A stretch of 61,101 nucleotides of DNA, the filler included, from Basidiobolus ranarum (Eukaryota), in NCBI GenBank assembly GCA_040143965.1. It is 4 parts of 4 records of this genome, joined end to end, with 100 filler letters (N's around TTAATTAATTAA, not from the genome) between each part and the next. Parts side by side here need not be neighbours in the genome. Positions count along the whole stretch, not along the records: positions 45,943 to 61,101 come from JASJQH010007266.1; 3 more parts are not named here. One strand, given 5' to 3'. Positions 52,184 through 61,101 of this stretch are shown here, piece after piece. Position 1 is the first letter of the stretch. The number at the start of each line of letters is the position of its first letter. The notes below the pieces were generated by a model. The model ran no database searches, was not told the DNA's origin, and worked only from the letters and a program-made list of their open reading frames with translations. A program made the position numbers and the translations under genes.

Positions 52184-55100
52184 ATGTCCAACGCGCCCCC
52201 CAATAATTATCCCCCACCACCAGGCCAATCTCGGTCTCCAAGACCTCCTATGTCTGGTGCCCCTCCCAATTTCCCGCCATCAGGACAGAACCAATCTCCA
52301 AGACCTCCTATGGCTGGTTCTCCACGACCCCCTATGGGCCAGCCTCAGCGCTCACCTAATATGGGAGGAGCAAGACCACCAATGAATGGACCACGTCCTT
52401 CATCTCCTTTTCCTCCTCAAGCTAAGCCGGGTCCTGGTTATTCTCCAATGCCACCCAACTCTCAGCCATATGGCCAAGCTGGGTCCCCACCTCTCAACAT
52501 GAGACCTTCTCCTTATAATGCTGCTTCTCCTTCTTTCAATCACCAAAATCCAGTTGCTAATTTACAACATAAACCTAGTTCTCCAGGTCCGCAAAACCAG
52601 ATGCCTCCAAGACCTATGTCGCCTCCTCTCCCTCAAGCACCACAGCCTGGTCCTGGTCAACCTGGCTTGATGCAGCGACAATTCGTTCCACCCGTGGGTG
52701 GAAGATCTCCTGTGATGCAAGGTGCTCAGGTACCTTCACCTCGTCCACCCATGCATAGTCCTACGACTCAGCAGTTGAATCCTCAACAACAAATCCAATC
52801 CCCGCAACTTAACAATTTTGTGTCAACTCAGCCTGACCCTACTGCACCTCCTGGCTCACCGCCTGGTAACGCCAGCAGCCCAGGACAACGCAGAAGAATG
52901 TACCCTGATCAAATAGCTACTGCTTATACTCAAGGCGAGGCACCTCAGCAATCTAACTATCCTGGACCTGCTTCAGGTCAATCTGACCCCTTACCTGGAG
53001 CTCAAGGTTCTCAGTTCTTTGTACCAGGCCTCCAAGGGCAAACATCTCCAGTGATGGGCTATGGCCAGCCACAAACCCCTGGTTATACCAGTGGGCAACC
53101 TTATGGGCAACAGTTTAATAATATGCAAAATCAATTTAATAACATGGCACTTGGTGGTCAAAACCAACTCTTCCATACACCATTGATGGGAACTCCTCTC
53201 AATCCTGCCGAATTGGACCTTCCACCTCCAGCTGCCAATATCCCTCCCGGTTCTGCTGTAACCCAATCACCCAAAATTATTTGCGATCCTTCTCTTAAAC
53301 GTTGCACTTTCAATGCTATTCCTCAAAACTCTAATTTATTGAAAAAATGCAAGATTCCGTTCGGTTTGATTATGACCCCTTACAAACTTGATAAGCAAAA
53401 CCCAGATGATATCCCCATATCTCACGAAATTATTCGTTGCCGTCGATGCCGTACATACTTAAATCCCTTCATCCAATTTGTTGATAGTGGTCGTCGTTGG
53501 AAGTGTAACATGTGTTTCTTCACAAACGATGTTCCTAGCACCTTCGACTACGATATTCAGAGTCAACAACCCATCGATCGTTTCCAGAGACCGGAGTTGA
53601 CTCATTCTGTAGTTGAGTATATTGCTCCAGCGGAGTATATGGTACGCGCTCCTCAGCCCCCTGTTTATTTGTTCTTGATTGATGTATCTCATACTGCGGT
53701 ACAATCTGGTATGGTCGCTACCGCTGCCAGAACCATCTTGGAATCTTTGGATCGTATTCCTGATGAAGAGAAAAGAGCCAAAGTTGGTTTTATAACCTAT
53801 GATAGTGCTCTACACTTCTACAACTTGAACAATGAACTCTCTGAACCACAAATGCTTGTTGTATCTGATTTGGAAGATCCATTCATCCCCATGCCCAATG
53901 ATTTGTTAGTTAACCTTGGTGAAGGTCGTCACATTGTGGAGTCTTTACTTTCACGACTCGGCGAAATGTTTAAGAGTACCCATAATGTCAGTAGTGCTCT
54001 CGCACCCGCTCTCCAAGCTGGTCTTAAACTTATTTCCTCTATTGGTGGTAAAATCATTGTGTTGCAAAATACTTTGCCTACTGCTAAGGAAGGTGCTTTG
54101 ACCGTTCGTGAGGACGTTAAACTTCTAGGCACACCAAAAGAGTCTAGTTTGTTGCAACCTGCCTCTCAATTCTACAAGCCTTTCGCCGTTGACTGTTCTC
54201 GTGCTCAAGTTTGTGTAGATACTTTCTTGTTCGGTACCCAGTATATCGATGTTGCTACTCTAAGTGGTACATCACGCTTTTCAGCCGGCCAAACATATTT
54301 CTATCCTGGTTTTAATGCTGGAAAATCGGAAGATGCTGTAAAATTCGCAAACGAATTCTCCGAATTTTTGTCTTGCCCTGCTGGTCTAGAAGCTGTTTTG
54401 AGAGTCAGAGCCTCTAAAGGATTGAGAATGACTGCCTACCATGGAAACTTCTTCTTGAGATCGATGGATCTTCTTGCTCTTCCTAACGTCACACCCAACC
54501 ACACCTATAGTGTTGAAGTTACCATTGATGAGCCAATTGAGACTAGCATTGTTTGCTTCCAAACTGCTTTGTTGCATACTAGCTGTAATGGAGAAAGACG
54601 AATTAGAGTATTAACTCTTGGTTTACCAGTTGCGAACAACATCTCTGAAGTATTCAAATCGGCAGATCAAGTGGCCATTGTTACTCTTTTGGCTAGGAAA
54701 GCAGTGGAAAGATCATTAAGCACTAAACTAGAGGATGCTAGAGACGCTTTAATCAACAAATGTATCGACATTCTTGGTATTTACAAGACCGAGCTAACAT
54801 CTGTTGGAACTGGTGCCTCTCCACAGTTGCAAATATGTCATAATTTGAAGATGCTTCCTTTGCTGGTACAGTCACTCATTAAGCATGTATCCCTTCGTGG
54901 TGGCTCTCAAACTCCCAGTGACGTTCGCTCATTTGCCATGAACCTCGTCAACACTATGCCAGCTGAACTTTTAATGAGATATATCCACCCTAGATTCTAC
55001 GCTCTCCATAATATGGCACCAGAAATTGCGGTTCCTACAACCGATGATTCAGCCATCTTGATGCCACAACCTTTACCTTTGAGTAGTGAAAGATTAGAGC

Positions 55101-55468
55101 GTAATGGATTGTTCTTGTTGGAGAGTGGACAACACATATTCTTCTGGGTTGCTAAAGAGGTATCACCTCAGCTTTGCCAAGAATTATTTGATGTTCCATC
55201 ATATGACGCCATCCGACCCGGCCGTACCACCCTTCCTATCCTTGATACTGATTTCTCTTCTCGTGTTCAACTCATCATTTCCAAGATTAGAGAAGCCAAC
55301 AGATATATCTATTATCCTCAAGTTTATGTTGTTAAAGAAGAGAGTGATCCTTCTTTGCGACTCTGGTTCCTTTCCCATCTGATTGAGGATCGCGCAAACA
55401 ACGTTATGAGTTATCAACAGTTCTTAAACCACCTGAAAGATAAAGTGAATACCGGTAATTTCAAATAA
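52184..55468 (+). CDS. SEC24: COPII cargo adaptor Sec24
   Basis: Pro/Gln-rich N-terminus, RCRRCRTYLNP..WKCNMC zinc finger, trunk FLIDVS, EAVLRVRAS beta-barrel, helical and gelsolin domains; intronless CDS. Confidence 0.97.
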   Translation: MSNAPPNNYPPPPGQSRSPRPPMSGAPPNFPPSGQNQSPRPPMAGSPRPPMGQPQRSPNMGGARPPMNGPRPSSPFPPQAKPGPGYSPMPPNSQPYGQAGSPPLNMRPSPYNAASPSFNHQNPVANLQHKPSSPGPQNQMPPRPMSPPLPQAPQPGPGQPGLMQRQFVPPVGGRSPVMQGAQVPSPRPPMHSPTTQQLNPQQQIQSPQLNNFVSTQPDPTAPPGSPPGNASSPGQRRRMYPDQIATAYTQGEAPQQSNYPGPASGQSDPLPGAQGSQFFVPGLQGQTSPVMGYGQPQTPGYTSGQPYGQQFNNMQNQFNNMALGGQNQLFHTPLMGTPLNPAELDLPPPAANIPPGSAVTQSPKIICDPSLKRCTFNAIPQNSNLLKKCKIPFGLIMTPYKLDKQNPDDIPISHEIIRCRRCRTYLNPFIQFVDSGRRWKCNMCFFTNDVPSTFDYDIQSQQPIDRFQRPELTHSVVEYIAPAEYMVRAPQPPVYLFLIDVSHTAVQSGMVATAARTILESLDRIPDEEKRAKVGFITYDSALHFYNLNNELSEPQMLVVSDLEDPFIPMPNDLLVNLGEGRHIVESLLSRLGEMFKSTHNVSSALAPALQAGLKLISSIGGKIIVLQNTLPTAKEGALTVREDVKLLGTPKESSLLQPASQFYKPFAVDCSRAQVCVDTFLFGTQYIDVATLSGTSRFSAGQTYFYPGFNAGKSEDAVKFANEFSEFLSCPAGLEAVLRVRASKGLRMTAYHGNFFLRSMDLLALPNVTPNHTYSVEVTIDEPIETSIVCFQTALLHTSCNGERRIRVLTLGLPVANNISEVFKSADQVAIVTLLARKAVERSLSTKLEDARDALINKCIDILGIYKTELTSVGTGASPQLQICHNLKMLPLLVQSLIKHVSLRGGSQTPSDVRSFAMNLVNTMPAELLMRYIHPRFYALHNMAPEIAVPTTDDSAILMPQPLPLSSERLERNGLFLLESGQHIFFWVAKEVSPQLCQELFDVPSYDAIRPGRTTLPILDTDFSSRVQLIISKIREANRYIYYPQVYVVKEESDPSLRLWFLSHLIEDRANNVMSYQQFLNHLKDKVNTGNFK

Positions 55469-55934
55469 GAGCACTCGGATCTCAACCTTCCCCACGTAAC
55501 TTTCAGTATGAATGAATATTTTTACCCTTAGTTTCATTATCAATTGTTTGCTCGTTCACTAAAGAAACCTTTTTTTTTAAATTTCCTCAACAATACCATC
55601 CTTCACCGCTTGTACGTTATATGAAATAATTTTACATTATATTTATCTTTCTTAAATCGGAATACACTACCACAAAATTGAGGAATGTTCGATACGAAAA
55701 CAAGTAATATAAGTAGTATTGAGGGGTTTTTTTTGAGAAGTACTGAATTTGATTTCCCTTACAATGTTTAGTAAATGGATACCATTTCTTTAGTGTGTTT
55801 GCTATTTGATCGTACAATTACAAATAAATCAATTGTTTTCAGATTGTGTGCTGTGTATTCAAAACAATCAAGTAATATATATATATATATGGAATTGATT
55901 GTTATGGTTACCTTGGTCTAAATCAAAAAAAAAG

Positions 55935-56007
55935 CGAGGCGCATGGGACTCGAACCCACAATCCCCAGATCCGAAGTCTGATGCCTTATCCATTAGGCCA
56001 ACGCCCC
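55935..56007 (-). tRNA. tRNA-Arg(TCG)
   Basis: GGGGCGT/GCGCCTC acceptor, TCAGA-CTTCGGA-TCTGG anticodon arm, GTTCGAGTCC T loop, T9 terminator. Confidence 0.95.
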
Positions 56008-56316
56008 TCGTGATAATTATCAGGTAATCCAAATAACAATGGTTATATTTTGTTGATCGTAGTAATTAAGAACATAGTAATCCAGTGGAAGTAAATGGCA
56101 AAAAATTTCTTCAAAGTCACAAAACCTTAACATATCTTCATTAAAATTCCTACCAAACATGGTTACAAGCCGTAGTTATTTGTTCGAAAATAGCGGATTT
56201 ATCTTATCAAGGAAAATGTTACATTATTGATTGACCTCGACTCCGCATTAATGTCGAAAGTAAAGCGAAATCACCATGCAAACCGATGTTACTCTTTTGA
56301 ACATCCGCCATCATGG

Positions 56317-56415
56317 ATGAGTCATAGGATAGTCTTCATTCAAAGTACTCTCGTGACTTGATGGCCTGAGGGGACACAAAGGTCTTATTTCGTTTTTAAA
56401 TAGTGACTGAGTCAC
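56317..56415. promoter_or_regulatory. Gcn4/CpcA-type sites upstream of ILV6
   Basis: ATGAGTCAT at 56317-56325; TGAGTCA at 56408-56414 inside the palindrome GTGACTGAGTCAC. Confidence 0.75.
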
Positions 56416-56610
56416 ATCGGGTCAACTAAGATAGATCATCACTCTAATAGGTAAGTGGGTAACCTAGGATAATGATACCTAGCTGGACGGTATTTTCATG
56501 AGTAGGGGATAAGGGAGGGGCTAACTACAATTTGTGAGTAGTATTAAAGTGCTTGAGGTCCCACTTGATCGGTAGTTTCTCGGTTTTTTCTTTCAGTCTG
56601 CACTGTTGCA

Positions 56611-57601
56611 ATGCTTTTTAGCCATTTAGCCATTGCCACTAGGCAGAAAAGTATTCAGGCATTGGTATGTTATTTGATGCACTTTCATTGTGCTTACATA
56701 TTTGTCATATTAAATTGGTTTGTCTAGCGGTCTGTTCAACCTCGTGTTTGCTTGCCAACTACACAATGCTTCTATTCTTCTGCACCAACAAAGCGTCAAC
56801 CACGTAGCCAAAAACTCCCACCGCTACCTACTATACCTACTTTAACACCTGAAGAAGCTGTTACTAACATAATCTACAATACCCCTACACCGCCTTCAGA
56901 CCCACCCACTCGACACACTCTGAACTGTCTAGTTCAGAATGAGCCTGGTGTTTTATCTCGTGTTTCTGGTATTTTAGCAGCCAGAAGCTTCAATATTGAT
57001 TCTTTGGTCGTCGCCAAAACTGAAGTTAGAGATCTTTCCCGAATGACCATCGTTTTAAGAGGCCAAGATCAAAATATTGAGCAAGCCAAGAAACAACTTG
57101 AGGACCTTGTTCCTGTTTGGGCTGTATTGGATTATTCCCATACCCAAATTGTTGAGCGTGAACTTTTATTAGTCAAAGTATCTATCTTCGGTCCTGATCA
57201 TGAGCAGGCCATTTTCGAAGATGCCGTGCACCCTCATGTAAGTGACTAGTGAGTCTGCTTACCTTGATACATATACTAATTCCTTCCACCAATAGGTTGA
57301 CATGTCTCCTGGGGAAATTCTCCTGACCACCCACAAGCACCTCCAAGCTATACAAGAGCTCACCAAACTTTTCCAAGGGCAGATTGTTGATGTTAGTAAT
57401 GAGAGTGTGATTGTTCAACTCTGCGCAAAGAACGCACGTATAGATGCATTCATGAAGCTCATTAAGCCTTTCGGGGTCTTAGAAGCAGCTAGAAGCGGTA
57501 TAATGGCCATGCCTCGAGCCATACATTTGCATGCTGAAGATGAAACAGAGACTCTAGAGGAGGCTGTTCAAGTTGATGCTACCATGCTTCCTCCTGGCTA
57601 G
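56611..57601 (+). CDS. ILV6: Acetolactate synthase regulatory (small) subunit, mitochondrial
   Basis: Exons 56611-56664, 56728-57237, 57296-57601. HTLNCLVQNEPGVLSRVSGILAARSFNIDSLVV, EAARSG, C-terminal LPPG*; basic transit peptide. Confidence 0.96.
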
Positions 57602-58069
57602 TTAATTTTCCTCCCACCCTCCTATGTATAGCGACATTCGCATAGCTCACACTAGTAATGGCACTGTTAAATTTATCGAAACCAATACACAATCTCATCC
57701 CCTTTAATCTGTGTTTCAATAAAAATATTCAAAGTAGAGCTTGTAATTATCAGTAGCTAGTGTTCACGTGAAAGCCCATGATTCCTAAAGCAAAGGCAAA
57801 TATGCATGTGACATTCCAATCCGAAGATTCAACCGAATATCCAAATGGCTTTTGCTCTCTCTCCAGCCCCCTCCCCATAAGTTACAGACTGTTACTCATC
57901 CTTGCCCCAGCAATGGTGCTAGGGTTAGGGTATAAACTAGAAGAACCACCTAATTTTAGTAAGAAGGTTGATTACAGGCCACGCGCAGTATCACTCATCT
58001 CTTACCTTGTATAGCTACAATCCTGCTCTCAATTTGCAAGAATGATTGAACGCCGTGGGAAACCATTCG

Positions 58070-58393
58070 TGAGTCAACATTGGTCAGCCAGAGTAATTCT
58101 ACCCGAAAACAAGCAGCGTTTCGTTGGGTGAATGTCAAGGTGACTCACGAAGACGGTAAATATGATCGGTAAGAATACAGATTAGGCATTCATTCAGTTT
58201 CTCCCTCATGTGAACCAAAACTATCTCCAGTAGTACAGTGTAACATGTATATTGATATCTGTTTCTAGTTTGTCTCCATGATTGATTGTAGATTATACAT
58301 AGCCAGTAACGACTTTTGAATGGCAAAGCTAAAGCTATCACATTGTGATTGTGTAATTGCAGAGACAAATAAGCAGTAATCAGAATGACTCAC
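58070..58393. promoter_or_regulatory. Gcn4/CpcA-type sites upstream of ILV2
   Basis: TGAGTCA at 58070-58076, TGACTCA at 58141-58147, ATGACTCAC at 58385-58393. Confidence 0.75.
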
Positions 58394-58673
58394 ATATGTT
58401 AATTGTATGATCAATATAAACTTTAGAAACGCAATTTATGTGGCCAAGGCTAAATCACTGTATATTCTAAACGTCACGAATTATCCAGATCGAAAAAAAT
58501 CTCTGTAGATGCCCTATAAATGTATTCCATCTCACTTGACGAACTTGCACCAATTTTATTTCGGATCTTCTGTTCTAGAGTTCGCGACTCCAAAAGTGTA
58601 CCAGACTATCTTTTCAATACATACATACTGATATCAACGCCTCAATTTTGACTTTCTGCTACACTCACAAAAT

Positions 58674-60723
58674 ATGCTCTCCTCAAGGTTTACCTCTCAG
58701 ATGCGCCAGCGCGCGCCCATGTTCTTGGCCGCAACAAAAAGATACATGCCTGCTACATGCTATCAGGGCCTAAATCGCTTCAAAAGTACCACCAGGTTTG
58801 TAGCACTTCCTACTTGATATATTTCGCTTGAGGCATTTTTTACTGACCTATTTTGTATTACACAGTACACGCCCCTCTCACGACATTCCTGCCACCTCAA
58901 CTACACCCTTAAGTGATCTTCACCCTGAGCCACTAAAGACCGTTGAACATCCGACTCATGAAAATTCATTCGTTGGAATGTCTGGTGGTGAAATATTTCA
59001 CGAAATGATGCTTCGTCATAATGTTGAACACATCTTTGGCTATCCTGGCGGTGCCATTCTTCCCGTTTTCGACGCTATTCACGACTCAAAGCACTTCAAC
59101 TTCATCTTACCTAGACATGAACAGGGTGCTGGCCACATGGCAGAAGGCTATGCAAGAGCAACCGGTAAACCTGGTGTGGTTCTTGTAACCTCTGGACCTG
59201 GTGCCACTAATGTCATTACCCCTATGCAAGATGCTCTCTCTGACGGTTTACCATTGGTGGTGTTTTGCGGTCAAGTTCCCACAAGCGCCATCGGTACTGA
59301 TGCTTTCCAAGAAGCCGATGTAGTAGGTATTTCTAGATCATGCACCAAATGGAATGTGATGGTCAAGGATATCAACGAACTTCCACGTCGTATTAACGAA
59401 GCATTTGCGATTGCAACTTCTGGTCGTCCTGGCCCTGTGTTGGTGGACTTGCCTAAAGATGTTACAGCTGGTATCTTAACCAAACCCATACCTATCAAGT
59501 CATCGCTACCCACTCGCCCTTGGAATCTCCATTATGATCCAGAAAAGATCAACGAGTCCATCAAGAAGGCAGCTAAAATGGTGAACGAAGCCAAGACTCC
59601 AGTTATCTATGCTGGAGCTGGCTTATTAAATCATCCCGATGGCTCAGCTCTTCTAAGAAAGTTTTCTAATGACGGTAATATTCCTGTAACTACCACTCTA
59701 CAGGGACTAGGGTTGTACGATGAATTAGACGAGAAGAGTTTGCATATGCTTGGAATGCATGGATCAGCCTATGCCAATTTAGCTATCCAATCCGCCGATG
59801 TTATTATTGCACTCGGAGCTCGCTTTGATGATCGTGTCACATTGAACCTCAAGAAATTCGCCCCAGTAGCTCAGCAAGCAGCTCTCGATGGTCGTGGAGG
59901 TTTCATCCATTTCGAAATCATGCCTAAGAATATCAACAAGGTCGTTCAAGCCACTGAGGCCATTGAAGGAGATGTCACTGAAAATCTGGCTAAAATGCTG
60001 CCAATGATTAAACAAGTCAACCGCGATGGTTGGTTCAGTAAGATAAAGACATGGAAACAAAAGTATCCATTTGTGTACCCTAGCGATGCTCCTGAAGGAA
60101 AAATGAAGCCACAAGCAGTTCTTGAGGAACTCAATCGTCAACTTGAGCCTCTCAAAGAAAAAACCATCATCACCACCGGAGTAGGTCAACATCAAATGTG
60201 GGCCGCACAATACTTGCGCTGGAGACACCCCAGAACCTTTATCACATCTGGAGGATTGGGCACGATGGGATTCGGTCTTCCAGCTGCCATTGGTGCTAAA
60301 GTAGCCAAGCCTGATCACATTGTCATCGATATCGATGGAGATGCATCATTTTCTATGACAGGTATGGAGCTCGCTACTGCCGCTCAATACAACATTGGAG
60401 TTAAGGTTCTCATTATGAACAACGACTTCCAAGGCATGGTGAAGCAATGGCAAGATCTTTTCTATGAAGAAAGATATTCAGGAACTGTGATGCACAACCC
60501 CGACTTTGTGAAACTGGCTGAAGCAATGGGTTGCCGAGGCATGAGATGTGATAACATGAAAGATTTACCAGGCAAGATAAAGGAGTTCTTAGAGTGCCCC
60601 GATCCAGTTGTATTCGATGCTCGTGTAGATAAAGCCGAACATGTGTATCCTATGGTACCAGCTGGTAAAGCTCTGCATGAGATGGTCTTGGAGAAATCAC
60701 TCATCCTGGATGAATCCAATTAA
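58674..60723 (+). CDS. ILV2: Acetolactate synthase catalytic (large) subunit, mitochondrial
   Basis: Exons 58674-58795 and 58866-60723. FGYPGGAILP, RHEQGAGHMAEGYAR, GQVPTSAIGTDAFQE, RFDDRVT, ThDP motif DGDASF..NN, GMVKQWQ. Confidence 0.97.
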
Positions 60724-60890
60724 ATTAGTTCTTTCTTGCATTCCGTTCATTAATACACCTTGATCTTTCCACCCTCACCAGTACTCCTTTCGTATATTAT
60801 ACATACATTCAACCTCGTCAACATCTATGCATCCATGTTTAAACAATCACCCTAATAAAACCATATATACATATATAACCTCGTTGAACG

Positions 60891-60980
60891 TACAAGTAGC
60901 GTGAAAATTAATAGCAGTTCTAACAACAATACATATACAAGTAGCGTGAAAATTAATAGCAGTTCTAACAACAATACATA
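60891..60980. repeat. Exact 45-bp tandem duplication
   Basis: TACAAGTAGCGTGAAAATTAATAGCAGTTCTAACAACAATACATA x2. Confidence 0.95.
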
Positions 60981-61020
60981 TTTAAAATGTTGTTGAAATC
61001 TCGTAGCATGCTTTTTCTTA

Positions 61021-61073
61021 TCAACTCTCACCACCTTCATAGAACTCAATACGATGATAATACTCACCATCAC
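61021..61073 (-). CDS. Probable terminal exon of an unidentified convergent gene
   Basis: ttctattag acceptor followed by (x)DGEYYHRIEFYEGGES*. Confidence 0.45.
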
Positions 61074-61101
61074 CTAATAGAAATATAGTATCATACCAGG
61101 C

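Noticed and set aside
52176-60719. Short antisense and alternate-frame ORFs inside SEC24, ILV6 and ILV2 (likewise inside the TF and the AAA ATPase)
   Set aside because: Shadow ORFs of real coding sequence with no motifs of their own.
58674-60723. ILV2 as a self-resistance copy in a toxin cluster
   Set aside because: Inhibitor-site motifs (GQVP, RFDDR, QWQ) look wild type and the neighbours are housekeeping genes.
56611-60723. Horizontally acquired bacterial ilvBN operon
   Set aside because: Reversed order, 1-kb spacer, introns, transit peptides and fungal-type sequences.
60852-61073. 73-aa hydrophobic ORF with a repeated YVLLLELLLIFTLLV
   Set aside because: Produced by the 45-bp duplication in AT-rich UTR-like DNA; a different frame gives the plausible terminal exon.
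61074-61096. Apparent 23-nt GT-AG intron
   Set aside because: Other introns here are about 50 nt or longer; the true donor is probably beyond the window end.

Overview
Eukaryotic (fungal) genomic DNA, probably from an early-diverging lineage (inference from gene content, short GT-AG introns and Ctr architecture). The window is four separate contigs (1-15239, 15340-30569, 30670-45842, 45943-61101) joined by artificial N44-TTAATTAATTAA-N44 linkers in descending size order, so adjacency across linkers is meaningless. Contig 1 is a strongly CpG-depleted patchwork of dead CMC/EnSpm-like transposon copies, Ty1/copia fragments, a DDE_Tnp_4-type fragment and a tRNA-like sequence. Contig 2 is a gene graveyard (Gfo/Idh/MocA, GH18 chitinase, Ctr copper transporter, BAHD acyltransferase and FUSC/ArAE-like transporter pseudogenes) with an intact tRNA-Pro and an intact Zn2Cys6 factor. 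Contig 3 has solo LTRs, a BCS1-like AAA ATPase, a small Cys-rich secreted protein, the NDR kinase CBK1, an alpha-SNAP-like gene with an unusual hydrophobic N-terminal domain, and the start of a His-rich gene preceded by ZRE-like sites. Contig 4 is housekeeping: TUP1 (partial), SRP14, PRE10, SEC24, tRNA-Arg, and ILV6 directly followed by ILV2, with five Gcn4-type sites in their promoters. The best leads are the ILV6-ILV2 subunit pair and the apparently membrane-anchored alpha-SNAP paralog. All family assignments are by motif recognition; no searches were run.
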